From contig JAYOLL010000003.1 of assembly GCA_038120295.1 (NCBI GenBank), forward strand, positions 137,132-201,131: a DNA stretch of 64,000 bases. Direction: 5' to 3'. A program made the translations under genes and the position numbers. The stretch is from Rhodospirillales bacterium (lineage in GTDB: Bacteria > Pseudomonadota > Alphaproteobacteria > MPNO01 > UBA2964). Positions 20,250 through 29,474 of this stretch are shown here, piece after piece (within the stretch, counting starts at the first letter, position 1; every line of letters starts with the position of its first letter). The notes under the pieces are model-generated. The model was not told where the DNA came from. It worked only from the letters and a program-made list of their open reading frames with translations, and did not search any database.

Positions 20250-20332
20250 TACCGGATTAATGGCCCTGGTCAGAGACTAATCTGATAGGTCTTTGCCGGC
20301 GCCTCGAACGATATACTGAATGGAGCCATCGG

Positions 20333-21835
20333 ATGCGACTGACCTTTTCCAGGATCGACCTGAAGCGCCAGGGGGCGATCGTCGCCCTTGTTTCCCAGAA
20401 CAAAACCCTTTCAGCCAGTGCGCAGGCGCTCGACAAGGCTACTGGCGGCGCGGTCGGAAACGCGATCGCCGCCAGCCGTTTTACCGGCGCCCTGGACCAA
20501 ACGCTTACCATCATGGCGCCGAATGGGATGAAGGCAGGTCGTATCCTGCTGATTGGCGTAGGCAAACCCGAAGATATCGACGAACTTGCCGCCCAGCGTA
20601 TCGGCGGTCGTATTGTTGCGGCGCTTGCCGATAGCGGAGAAAAAACGGCTTCTGTCGCGGTGGATGCGATCAAGGGAGTCAAGCTTTCCGCCGCGACAGT
20701 CGCAGCCAACGCAGCCTGTGGCGCGCGCCTCAGGAGCTATCGCTTCGATAAGTACCGAACGACGGAGAAAGCGGACAAGAAGCCGTCGCTCAACGCGGTC
20801 GCTTTCATGGTTCGCGACGACGCAGGCGCCCGCCGCCAGTTCGTTCCCCTGGAAAAGGTCGCCGACGGCGTTTTCTTCACCCGGGACCTGGTTTCAGAGC
20901 CGGCGAACGTCATCTACCCTGCAAGCTTCGCGCAGCGCGCGCGGGCACTCGCCAAGCTGGGCGTCAAGCTGCGCATACTCGACGAGGCGCAGATGAAAAA
21001 GCTGGGTATGGGTGCGCTTCTCGGCGTCGCCCAGGGCAGCGCCAACAAGCCCAGGATCGTCGCCATGAGCTGGAACGGCGCGCCGCGCGCCAAGGACAAG
21101 GCGCCAATCTGCTTTGTCGGCAAGGGCGTGACGTTCGATACGGGCGGTATTTCCATTAAGCCGGCCGGCGGCATGGAAGACATGAAATGGGACATGGCCG
21201 GCGCCGGTGTGGTGGCCGGACTCATGCATGCGCTTGCCGCGCGCAAGGCCAGGGTCAACGCGGTCGGCGTCGTCGGTCTGGTCGAGAACATGCCGTCGGG
21301 CACGGCCCAGCGCCCCGGCGATGTCGTCAAGACGATGTCGGGCCAGACGATCGAGGTGATCAACACCGATGCCGAGGGCCGACTGGTCCTGGCCGACGCC
21401 ATGTGGTGGGCGCAGAAGACTTTCAAGCCGCATACTCTGATCGACCTCGCGACGCTGACCGGCGCCATCATCATCTCGCTGGGCCATCATCACGCGGGCA
21501 TGTTCAGCAACAACGATGCGCTGTGCGATCAGCTCGCCGCAGCCGGCAAGGCGACCGGCGAGCCGGTCTGGCGGCTGCCGCTCGGTCCCGAGTACGACAG
21601 ACAGGTGACCTCACAGATCGCCGACATGAAGAATGTCGGCGGTCGCGATGCCGGAAGCATCACGGCGGCGCAGATCCTGCAACGCTTTATTCAGAAGGAT
21701 GTCGCCTGGGCGCATCTCGACATAGCCGGCGTCGCCTGGTCGAATTCGGCAAGCCCCATCGTGCCCAGGGGCGGGACAGCATTCGGCGTCCGCCTACTCG
21801 ACAGGCTGGTGGCGGATCACTACGAAAACAGGTAA
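20333..21835 (+). CDS. pepA: leucyl aminopeptidase
   Basis: 500 aa; M17 peptidase signature NTDAEGRLVLADA and metal-binding region; followed by holC as in most alpha-proteobacteria. Confidence 0.9.
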   Translation: MRLTFSRIDLKRQGAIVALVSQNKTLSASAQALDKATGGAVGNAIAASRFTGALDQTLTIMAPNGMKAGRILLIGVGKPEDIDELAAQRIGGRIVAALADSGEKTASVAVDAIKGVKLSAATVAANAACGARLRSYRFDKYRTTEKADKKPSLNAVAFMVRDDAGARRQFVPLEKVADGVFFTRDLVSEPANVIYPASFAQRARALAKLGVKLRILDEAQMKKLGMGALLGVAQGSANKPRIVAMSWNGAPRAKDKAPICFVGKGVTFDTGGISIKPAGGMEDMKWDMAGAGVVAGLMHALAARKARVNAVGVVGLVENMPSGTAQRPGDVVKTMSGQTIEVINTDAEGRLVLADAMWWAQKTFKPHTLIDLATLTGAIIISLGHHHAGMFSNNDALCDQLAAAGKATGEPVWRLPLGPEYDRQVTSQIADMKNVGGRDAGSITAAQILQRFIQKDVAWAHLDIAGVAWSNSASPIVPRGGTAFGVRLLDRLVADHYENR

Positions 21836-21853
21836 CGGCGTCGGCTTTTTCCG

Positions 21854-22309
21854 GTGACTGAAATCGGCTTTTACCATCTGACCCGGACACCTATCGACCG
21901 CGCCTTGCCGCAAATCCTAAAAAAGGCGGCGTCGGCGGGGAAGCGGTCGCTGGTCCGAACCGGGTCCGAAGAACGGGTAGCCGTTCTCAATATGCTGCTC
22001 TGGACATACGATCCCGCGTCCTTTTTACCTCACGGTACAGTGCAGGACGGAGATCCGGCGGATCATCCCGTTTTCCTGTCGACGTCTGAAAACAACGCCA
22101 ATAACGCGGAGGTCCTGATTCTGACGGATGGCGTGGAGGCAGAGCAGCCCGAGGCGTTCGAGCGCTGTCTCGAGATGTTCGATGGAGGCGATCCGGCTGC
22201 CGTCGACCGCGCCCGCGCGCATTGGCGGATTTACAGGGATAAGGGCTATTCGCTGACCTATTGGCAACAGTCTGAAACCGGCGGCTGGGAAAAGAAAGCT
22301 GACGGCTGA
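21854..22309 (+). CDS. holC: DNA polymerase III chi subunit
   Basis: 151 aa; HolC family N-terminus (IGFYHL…R), conserved pepA-holC pair. Confidence 0.8.
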   Translation: MTEIGFYHLTRTPIDRALPQILKKAASAGKRSLVRTGSEERVAVLNMLLWTYDPASFLPHGTVQDGDPADHPVFLSTSENNANNAEVLILTDGVEAEQPEAFERCLEMFDGGDPAAVDRARAHWRIYRDKGYSLTYWQQSETGGWEKKADG

Positions 22310-22404
22310 CGTATGTCAGGAGGCTGTTGCCGACGGACCCGCGTCAGGCTATAAGGCCGCGCCTTCACAAAAACATCGGAAAATTACAAAGAGAGACTGG
22401 CTCC

Positions 22405-22827
22405 ATGGCCGTTGAACGAACGTTATCGATTATCAAGCCCGACGCCACGCGCCGTAACCTGACGGGCAAGATTGTAGCGATGCTGGAAGACGCTGGCCTG
22501 CGCGTTGTGGCGCAGAAAAGGATCCAGATGACTCGCGAAATGGCGGAAGGGTTCTATGCCGTTCACGCAGAACGCGCTTTCTTCGGCGATCTCTGCGAAT
22601 TCATGTGCTCCGGCCCGGTCGTGGTTCAGGTGCTCGAAGGGGAAAACGCCGTCGCGAAAAACCGTGAGGTGATGGGCGCGACAAACCCGGCGAATGCCGA
22701 TGAAGGGACCATCCGCGCCGAGTTCGCCGAATCGATCGAAGCCAACTCGGTCCATGGTTCGGATTCAGCGGAGAACGCCGCGATCGAAATAGCGTTTTTC
22801 TTTGCACAGGTTGAAATAGTCGGCTGA
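22405..22827 (+). CDS. ndk: nucleoside-diphosphate kinase
   Basis: 140 aa from ATG at 22405 (AGAGAG RBS); [14 protein letters not shown], active-site NxxHGSD (NSVHGSD). The ORF track's 22327 start is an unsupported upstream extension. Confidence 0.9.
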   Translation: MAVERTLSIIKPDATRRNLTGKIVAMLEDAGLRVVAQKRIQMTREMAEGFYAVHAERAFFGDLCEFMCSGPVVVQVLEGENAVAKNREVMGATNPANADEGTIRAEFAESIEANSVHGSDSAENAAIEIAFFFAQVEIVG

Positions 22828-22853
22828 TTACGGTCGCCGGCTTCCAATATGCG

Positions 22854-22886
22854 AAAGGGCGGGTTTAAAACCCGCCCTTTATTTAT
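22854..22886 (+). terminator. rho-independent terminator downstream of ndk (bidirectional with the purN-side small ORF)
   Basis: AAAGGGCGGG-TTTAAAA-CCCGCCCTTT hairpin followed by TATTTAT. Confidence 0.7.
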
Positions 22887-22901
22887 CCGCACAACTTCGT
22901 T

Positions 22902-23027
22902 TCAGAGCATAAAATATGCCAGCAGCCCGAGCGCGGCGAAGACACCTGCGGTGCAGATAACTGCAAGGCGGCAGAAAATTCTCCAAACTTCCTGGCATTG
23001 GCGTGTAATAGCGTCGTCGTTCGCCAT
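22902..23027 (-). CDS. putative 41-aa single-TM small protein downstream of purN
   Basis: ATG..TGA ORF MANDDAITRQCQEVWRIFCRLAVICTAGVFAALGLLAYFML; one hydrophobic helix; sits between purN stop and the terminator hairpin, so it would be co-transcribed with purMN; weak RBS. Confidence 0.3.
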   Translation of the reverse strand: MANDDAITRQCQEVWRIFCRLAVICTAGVFAALGLLAYFML

Positions 23028-23071
23028 GTCGTTGCCCAATCAGCTTGCGGTTCCCGGATTCTATACCGTAA

Positions 23072-23752
23072 TTATGACGGTTTCGGAAGATGCGGCGTCC
23101 ACCCGTCGTCCGGATTAAGGTAAATCCGGTCCGTCAAATGCGTGCCTTCGATCCGTACGCGGCCGCCCTCGACGTGGGCGCGCCCCTCTGCGATTAGACG
23201 GAGGGCGAGGGGATAACAGCGATGCTCCGCTGTCAGCACGCGGGCGGCAAGCGTCTCGGCGTCGTCGTCCTCGTGAACCGGTACCGCCGCCTGGACGATA
23301 ATCGGGCCGTCGTCCATTGCGGGTCGGACGAAATGCACCGTGCAACCCGTAAAACGCACCCCGTCATCCAGTACACGCTGGTGCGTATCGAGGCCCTTAT
23401 AGGCCGGCAGCAATGACGGGTGGATGTTGATAAGCCGGTTCAGCCAATGTCCGACAAATTTCTCGGTTAGAAGCCGCATAAACCCGGCCAGGCAAACGAA
23501 TTCGATCCCGGCATCCGTCAGCCGATCGATGAGTGCGGCCTCGAACGGTTCGCGCCCGTCATAGTCCCGGTGGTTGATCGTCAATGTGGGGATGCCCGCG
23601 GCGGCAGCGCGTTCCAATCCGGCTGCACCCGGAACATTGGAAACGACGAGCGCGATCTCAGCCGGCGCGTCTTTCGGCGAGCAATCGTCGATAAGCGCCT
23701 GCATGTTGGTGCCGCGCCCCGATATCAGCACAGCCGTTTTCAGGCGCGGCAT
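23072..23752 (-). CDS. purN: phosphoribosylglycinamide formyltransferase
   Basis: 226 aa; [13 protein letters not shown], formyltransferase N…H…D motif (INIHPSLLP); overlaps purM stop. Confidence 0.9.
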   Translation of the reverse strand: MPRLKTAVLISGRGTNMQALIDDCSPKDAPAEIALVVSNVPGAAGLERAAAAGIPTLTINHRDYDGREPFEAALIDRLTDAGIEFVCLAGFMRLLTEKFVGHWLNRLINIHPSLLPAYKGLDTHQRVLDDGVRFTGCTVHFVRPAMDDGPIIVQAAVPVHEDDDAETLAARVLTAEHRCYPLALRLIAEGRAHVEGGRVRIEGTHLTDRIYLNPDDGWTPHLPKPS

Positions 23753-24795
23753 AGGGATCCCGGATGCTCGATTGCCACCCGCTCGCCATCCGTTCTGACG
23801 ACCGTCCCGATCCTGAACACGGTTTCGCCGTGATCTTCGAGAATGGTTCCGGCCTCATCTGCGCCGTCCGGGGCAACCACAACCGCCATGCCGACGCCGC
23901 AGTTAAAGGTTCGCGCCATCTCGGACCCGGCGATACGTCCTTCGTCGGCCAGCCATCTGAACACCGGCGGCGCAGTCCAGGCTTCCGCGTTCAGCACGAC
24001 GCCGAGCCCATCGGGCAGAATGCGGGGTATATTTTCGATAAGACCGCCGCCGGTAATATGCGCAAGGCCGCGGACAAGGCCTGCCCGGTGTGCGGCCAGG
24101 CAGGCTTTTACATAAATCCGGGTCGGCGTCAGCAGGGACGCGCCGAGAGGGTCCCCGGAAAACGGTGCTGTCTCCGCGTAATCCAGTTCGAGCTCCTCGA
24201 CGATACGTCTGACGAGCGAAAATCCGTTCGAATGGACCCCCGATGAGGCGAGGGCCAGCACGATATCGCCTTCTTCGATGGTTGCGCCGGTCAGAATTTC
24301 ATCGCGCTCGGCGGCGCCGACAGAAAATCCGGCAAGATCGTAATCGTCGTTGGCGTACATGCCCGGCATTTCGGCTGTTTCGCCGCCGATCAGAGCGCAT
24401 CCTGCCTGCCTGCAGCCTTCCGCGATGCCGGCGATGACTTCTTCTGCACGCCTTGGGTCGAGCCGGCCCGTTGCGAAATAATCGAGAAAGAACAGGGGTT
24501 CCGCGCCCTGGACCACGAGATCGTTGACGCACATTGCGACAAGGTCGATCCCGACCTCGCTGTGGCGATTGGCGGACAAAGCGACCTTAAGCTTGGTTCC
24601 AACGCCATCCGTCGCGGCGACGAGGACGGGATCCCTGAAGCCCGCGGCAGCAATATCGAACAGGCCGCCGAAACCGCCGATTTCGACATCGGCGCCCGGC
24701 CGGGCGGTCGATCTTACGTGCGGTTTCAGCGCATCGACCAGCGCCGCGCCTGCTTCGACGTCGACGCCTGCATCCTTGTAATTACGTGTGTTAAT
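23740..24795 (-). CDS. purM: phosphoribosylformylglycinamidine cyclo-ligase (AIR synthetase)
   Basis: PurM sequence runs continuously (…[16 protein letters not shown]…GGFGGLFD…[15 protein letters not shown]…) upstream of the first in-frame ATG at 24579, up to a TGA at 24817-24819. There is no ATG, GTG or TTG in that stretch; upper coordinate set at an in-frame ATT (24793-24795) as a provisional initiator. Confidence 0.8.
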   Translation of the reverse strand: MNTRNYKDAGVDVEAGAALVDALKPHVRSTARPGADVEIGGFGGLFDIAAAGFRDPVLVAATDGVGTKLKVALSANRHSEVGIDLVAMCVNDLVVQGAEPLFFLDYFATGRLDPRRAEEVIAGIAEGCRQAGCALIGGETAEMPGMYANDDYDLAGFSVGAAERDEILTGATIEEGDIVLALASSGVHSNGFSLVRRIVEELELDYAETAPFSGDPLGASLLTPTRIYVKACLAAHRAGLVRGLAHITGGGLIENIPRILPDGLGVVLNAEAWTAPPVFRWLADEGRIAGSEMARTFNCGVGMAVVVAPDGADEAGTILEDHGETVFRIGTVVRTDGERVAIEHPGSLCRA

Positions 24796-24885
24796 GGGTT
24801 CCTCGCTGGATTGAGATCATAGTATAATCGTTCCATGCCCGCGGCATGGTCTCTCACGAAAATACTTGATCCCGGACGTTTTGTA

Positions 24886-25989
24886 ATGCGCGTTCGCGCG
24901 TGGCTGGCTGCGGTCGCGATTTTTGCTATGACGGTCGCAGCGTCCAGCGGTTTTTCAGTTGCTCAGACAGGCGGCGCCTTTAAAGTCGTCGGGGTTCCAA
25001 TCGACCAGACAGCCGAATCGGCTGCCGCAGCCCGAACGCTTGCGCTGGCGGCAGGACAGCAGGAAGCCTATCGCAGACTCGTCCGCCGTCTGGCGCTCCT
25101 CGGCGATATCGGCACCGCGCCGGCAGCGTCACCCGCACTGTTGCGGGAAATCGTGTCCGGGATCGCGGTAGAATCCGAGAAAACCTCGTCGGTCCGTTAT
25201 CTCGCCAGCCTGACGGTGGATTTCGATCCGGCCGCGGTCAGAAAGCGGTTTCTTGCGGCGGGGCTTCGATGGGCGGAAACACAAAGCAAGCCGCTTGTCG
25301 TTCTGCCCGTATTCCGGACACAGGGAACGGTACAGCTCTGGGACAGGACGAATATCTGGCACCAGACCTGGCGGGACGCGCCGGAGAGCGATGGTCTGAT
25401 CAGACTGATTGTTCCTCCGGGCGAAACCAGCGACCTTGCGGCGATCAGCCCCTCGCAAGCGCTGTCAGGAGACGAGGCGCGGATTTCCGTCATCGCCGAA
25501 CAGTACGGCGCCGGCGGCGCGCTGCTGCTGGCCGCGACGCTTTCTTCCGAACCGGGCACCGGCCACGTTCTGGCTGTTTCGATCAACAGATTCAGTTCGG
25601 CCGGTTCGCACTGGGCGTCGACGCGAAGCTTTGCAGCGAATCCCGATACCACCGTATCTGAATTGATGACCCTGGCGGTTAACCAGGTGCGTCGGGATAT
25701 CGAGGAAGAGTGGAAATTCGACAATCTCCTGCGGTTCGGCGAACAGCAGGAACTGGTCGCGGTCGCACCGCTGTCGGGCTTGCGGGCATTGATCCGTATC
25801 AAGCGGCTGTTGCAGTCAGTAGCCGAAATCAGGTCATTCGAACTGATCTCGGTGACGCGGGAAGAAGCCAGATTCAGGTTACGCTATCTCGGCGATCCGG
25901 CGCAGCTTGAATTCGCCCTGGCGCAGAAGGATCTTGCGCTGACGCAGGGGGCGGTTGACTGGCGGCTTGCGCTCAAGGGGCCCGGATGA
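24886..25989 (+). CDS. DUF2066 domain-containing periplasmic protein
   Basis: 367 aa from the Met preceding a signal peptide (MRVRAWLAAVAIFAMTVAASSG); divergent from purM and upstream of a CDP-alcohol phosphatidyltransferase, the usual DUF2066 context in alpha-proteobacteria. The family assignment is recalled from memory, not searched. Confidence 0.55.
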   Translation: MRVRAWLAAVAIFAMTVAASSGFSVAQTGGAFKVVGVPIDQTAESAAAARTLALAAGQQEAYRRLVRRLALLGDIGTAPAASPALLREIVSGIAVESEKTSSVRYLASLTVDFDPAAVRKRFLAAGLRWAETQSKPLVVLPVFRTQGTVQLWDRTNIWHQTWRDAPESDGLIRLIVPPGETSDLAAISPSQALSGDEARISVIAEQYGAGGALLLAATLSSEPGTGHVLAVSINRFSSAGSHWASTRSFAANPDTTVSELMTLAVNQVRRDIEEEWKFDNLLRFGEQQELVAVAPLSGLRALIRIKRLLQSVAEIRSFELISVTREEARFRLRYLGDPAQLEFALAQKDLALTQGAVDWRLALKGPG

Positions 25990-26555
25990 GTCTGCCGAAC
26001 ATAATTTCACTGATCCGGCTGATGTCGGTCCCCATTGCGATCTATCTCATCCTCAACGGTCTCCTTAGCGCAGCGTTCTGGCTGTTTGTGGCTGCGGGCG
26101 TATCGGACGCGATGGACGGGTTTATCGCTAAGCGGTTCAACCAGGAAACGCCGCTTGGCCGTTACCTCGATCCGCTGGCTGACAAGGCGCTTCTGGTCGG
26201 CGTATACGTGACACTGGGCTATTCAGACTATCTTCCACTCTGGCTCGTGATTCTCGTGGTATTCAGGGACCTGCTGATCGTAGGAGGCGTGGTCCTCATG
26301 AATCTTTTCGGGCAGGACCTCAGGATGAATCCGCTGCGGATCAGCAAGATCAATACCGCTGCGCAAATCGTGCTGGTCACGGCGATACTGGGCGAACGGG
26401 CATTGAATGTCTCTCTGGTGCCGGAGGTCGTGACCATTCTGATCTATCTGACGGCCTTGACGACGGTTCTGTCGGGCGCGGCCTATATTCTTGGGTGGGG
26501 CCGCGAGGCAATGGCGGTCGCGGGCATCGATCAGACCGGGGACGGAACGAAATGA
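25986..26555 (+). CDS. CDP-alcohol phosphatidyltransferase family protein (PgsA-like)
   Basis: 189 aa; D-G-x2-A-R-x8-G-x3-D-x3-D motif (DGFIAKRFNQETPLGRYLDPLADK); multi-TM. Confidence 0.75.
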   Translation: MSLPNIISLIRLMSVPIAIYLILNGLLSAAFWLFVAAGVSDAMDGFIAKRFNQETPLGRYLDPLADKALLVGVYVTLGYSDYLPLWLVILVVFRDLLIVGGVVLMNLFGQDLRMNPLRISKINTAAQIVLVTAILGERALNVSLVPEVVTILIYLTALTTVLSGAAYILGWGREAMAVAGIDQTGDGTK

Positions 26556-27646
26556 CCACCCAGAGTTACATCCGGTACTGGACGGCGGGCATCGCCGTAT
26601 TTCTGTTTCTGGTGTGGTCGCTGTCGGATATTCTGTTCCCGTTCATTGTCGGGATCGTACTCGCCTATCTTCTCGACCCGCTGGTGGACAGACTCGAAGC
26701 CAGAAAATGCCCGCGGGCCGTTGCGTCAGCGATTGTGACGTTGTTGATGGCGCTGCTGGCCGTGGCCGCGGTGCTTCTGCTTGTGCCGCTGCTGCAGGCG
26801 CAATTCGTCGATTTTGCCGCGCGTGTCCCCGATTACGTCACGGCGCTGCGTGAACAGGCCACCGGCATGCTGCTCGCGCTTCAGGAAAGGCTGGGCGACG
26901 CCGAAGTCGCTTCGCTTCGTGAAAAACTCCAGGGCTTCGCCGGGCCGGACGCGATTGCCTGGGCGGGCAAGCTGCTGGGGCGCATCTGGGGCGGGGGGCT
27001 GGCGCTTCTCAACCTGCTTTCTTTGATGGTTATCACGCCGATCGTAATGTTCTACCTGCTCAGGGACTGGGATCTGATTGTCTCCGCTGTCGATGACTGG
27101 CTTCCGAGAAAACATGCGGACACAATTCGCGAACAAGTCGCGGCGATTGATGAGGTGCTCTCCGGCTTCATCAGGGGACAGTTCTCGGTCTGTCTGCTGC
27201 TTGGCGCGTTCTATGCATTGGGGCTGACAATGGTCGGTCTGGATTTCGGACTGGCGATTGGCGTCGTTGCCGGCCTTATCTCTTTCGTGCCCTATTTCGG
27301 AATGATCGTCGGGCTTTGCGTCGGGCTTGGCGTTGCGGTTGCGCAGTTCGGCGAATGGCAGCCGATTGCGATGGTCGCGGGCGTCTTCGCCGTCGGGCAG
27401 TTTCTCGAAGGAAATTTCATCACGCCGAAACTGGTCGGCGAGAAGGTAGGGCTTCACGCAGTGTGGATTATTTTCGCTCTGCTCGCCGGCGGCACCCTGT
27501 TCGGTTTTACCGGGATACTGCTGGCCGTGCCGACCGCTGCGGTGATTGGCGTACTTGGCCGTTTCGGGCTCAGAAAATACAAGGAAAGCGGGGCCTATTC
27601 CGGATCGTCGGTTTCGGCATCGGAAGACGACCCTGAATCGACCTGA
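26552..27646 (+). CDS. AI-2E family transporter (PerM/YhhT-like permease)
   Basis: 364 aa from ATG at 26552 (ATGA overlap with upstream stop); 7-8 TM helices and conserved AI-2E C-terminal region (GLLLAVPTAAV). Confidence 0.75.
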   Translation: MTTQSYIRYWTAGIAVFLFLVWSLSDILFPFIVGIVLAYLLDPLVDRLEARKCPRAVASAIVTLLMALLAVAAVLLLVPLLQAQFVDFAARVPDYVTALREQATGMLLALQERLGDAEVASLREKLQGFAGPDAIAWAGKLLGRIWGGGLALLNLLSLMVITPIVMFYLLRDWDLIVSAVDDWLPRKHADTIREQVAAIDEVLSGFIRGQFSVCLLLGAFYALGLTMVGLDFGLAIGVVAGLISFVPYFGMIVGLCVGLGVAVAQFGEWQPIAMVAGVFAVGQFLEGNFITPKLVGEKVGLHAVWIIFALLAGGTLFGFTGILLAVPTAAVIGVLGRFGLRKYKESGAYSGSSVSASEDDPEST

Positions 27647-28329
27647 TGGTCAGGACAGCCCATAGCCGACAGCTATTTTTCGATCTTGGGCATCGCCCGG
27701 CCCTTGAGCGCGAGGACTTTCTGGTGGCGCCGTGCAACCGGGAGGCTGTCGACTGGATCGACCGCTGGCCAGACTGGCCGTCTCCCGCGCTGGCGATTTC
27801 GGGCGCGCCGGAGAGCGGAAAGTCGCATCTGGCCGCCGTCTGGCAGGAACGCTCGGGCGGGAACCGGATTGACGCCGCCGATGTCGGGGACGCGATGCAC
27901 GACGTTTCGCCCGAAAACCGGCACTGGCTCGTTGATCCCGCCGACAAGACGCCCGACCAGGAAGGCCTGTTGCACCTTTATAACCGGATCGCCGAATTTG
28001 GCGGCAGTCTGCTCCTGACGGGGCAGATGCCGCCCGCGCGCTGGGGGATATCCCTGGCCGATCTGGCGTCGCGATTGCGAACGGCGCCCGTGGCGGTGAT
28101 CGGTCAGCCCGACGACGAACTGCTTGGCGGCGTTCTCGTCAAGCTGTTCTCCGATCGTCAGGTCAGGATCCGGCCCGAAGTCGTATCGTTCCTTCTGCCT
28201 CGGATGGAGAGAAGTTTCGACGCCGCGAGTGCTCTTGTCGAAATTCTCGACAGGCAGGCGCTCTCTCGGAAACGCCCGATCACTGTTCCATTCGTCCGCT
28301 CGGTACTCGACTTTCCCGAAGACGGTTAA
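27646..28329 (+). CDS. hda: DnaA regulatory inactivator Hda (HdaA-like)
   Basis: 227 aa; QLxLDLG-type N-terminus (QLFFDLGHRP), Walker A-like GAPESGKSHLA, DnaA-domain III-like fold. Confidence 0.7.
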   Translation: MVRTAHSRQLFFDLGHRPALEREDFLVAPCNREAVDWIDRWPDWPSPALAISGAPESGKSHLAAVWQERSGGNRIDAADVGDAMHDVSPENRHWLVDPADKTPDQEGLLHLYNRIAEFGGSLLLTGQMPPARWGISLADLASRLRTAPVAVIGQPDDELLGGVLVKLFSDRQVRIRPEVVSFLLPRMERSFDAASALVEILDRQALSRKRPITVPFVRSVLDFPEDG

Positions 28330-29474
28330 AGGTCGACAACCTTGATATTTTTACCGTTGGCGGTCAGCGCAAGGCGACCGTTCTTGAGCGCCAGCGCATC
28401 GTTGCCGAACAGTTCACGCCTCCAGCCACTGAGCGCCGGTACATCGGCATTGTCATCTGCCGAGATGGCCTCAAGGTCGGCGGTATTGGCGATCAAACGC
28501 TGCGCGACGCCATATTCCTCGCTCTTCAGCTTGGCGAGCACTTTCAGCAGGTCGATAGAAGGGCCGACCGGTGCTGTCGGCTGACGCGAACGCCCGACGT
28601 CAGGACATTCCTCGTCGGGCAGCTCGACGCCCCTTGCAACCGCGTCCAGTATAGCTTTTCCGATATGGCCCTGGGTCTGCCCCTTGTTGAGGCCGCGCAG
28701 GTTGGCCAGATCCTTTTCGGTTTTGGGCCGATGCGAGGCAAGCTCGAGGAGAGCATCGTCGCGTGCGATCCGGTTTCGCGGCAGGTCGCGTTTCTGCGCT
28801 TCTTCTTCACGCCATGCGGCGACTTCGCGCAGGATTGCCAGAAAGCGCGGTTTCGGATTGCGCGATTTGATCCGCTGCCAGGCTTCGCGCGGGTCGAACC
28901 GGTACAGATCGTCGCTGGTCAGGCCGGCCATCTCGTCTGCGACCCACTCCTCCCGGCCGTTCTCATCCAGTTTGGCTCTCAGCTTTTCGAATACCACGCG
29001 GAGATGGGTGACATCGGCCAGAGCATATTCGATCTGTTTGTCGCTGAGAGGGCGGCGCTGCCAGTCGGTGAACCGCATCGATTTGTCGATTTGCTGTCGT
29101 GCGAGCTTTGAGACGATGGTTTCGTACCCCACCTGGTCGCCGAACCCGCAGACCATCGCCGAGACCTGCGTATCGAAAACCGGGGCCGGTAATTCGCCCA
29201 TCAGCCGGTAGAAAATCTCGAAATCCTGGCGCGCGGCATGGAAGACCTTGAGGACGGAGCGATCGCTCATCAGTTCCAGCATCGGCGCGAGGTCGATTCC
29301 GTCCGCCAGAGCGTCGACGGCGGCGAATTCTTCCTCGCCCGCAAGCTGAACGAGGCAAAGTTTCGGCCAGTAGGTTCTATCGCGAATGAATTCGGTGTCG
29401 ACAGTGACGAAGTCGGACTGGCTCACGCGCTCGCAAAACGAAGCCAGCGCACCGGTGTCGGTGATCATGGACAT
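28326..29474 (-). CDS. rnd: ribonuclease D
   Basis: 382 aa from internal Met (MSMITDTG…); DEDDy 3'-5' exonuclease motifs (VDTEF, HAARQDFE, YALADV) plus HRDC region. The first 85 aa of the track ORF (Arg-rich, low complexity) are judged a spurious extension. Confidence 0.85.
   Translation of the reverse strand: MSMITDTGALASFCERVSQSDFVTVDTEFIRDRTYWPKLCLVQLAGEEEFAAVDALADGIDLAPMLELMSDRSVLKVFHAARQDFEIFYRLMGELPAPVFDTQVSAMVCGFGDQVGYETIVSKLARQQIDKSMRFTDWQRRPLSDKQIEYALADVTHLRVVFEKLRAKLDENGREEWVADEMAGLTSDDLYRFDPREAWQRIKSRNPKPRFLAILREVAAWREEEAQKRDLPRNRIARDDALLELASHRPKTEKDLANLRGLNKGQTQGHIGKAILDAVARGVELPDEECPDVGRSRQPTAPVGPSIDLLKVLAKLKSEEYGVAQRLIANTADLEAISADDNADVPALSGWRRELFGNDALALKNGRLALTANGKNIKVVDL

Noticed and set aside
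22327-22404. N-terminal extensions in the ORF track for ndk (22327), AI-2E permease (26495), rnd (29729), ROK kinase (37624), gatC (52978), gatB (55083), bicupin (61687)
   Set aside because: The extensions are low-complexity and Arg-rich, lack homology, and internal ATGs with better RBS and family-consistent N-termini exist.
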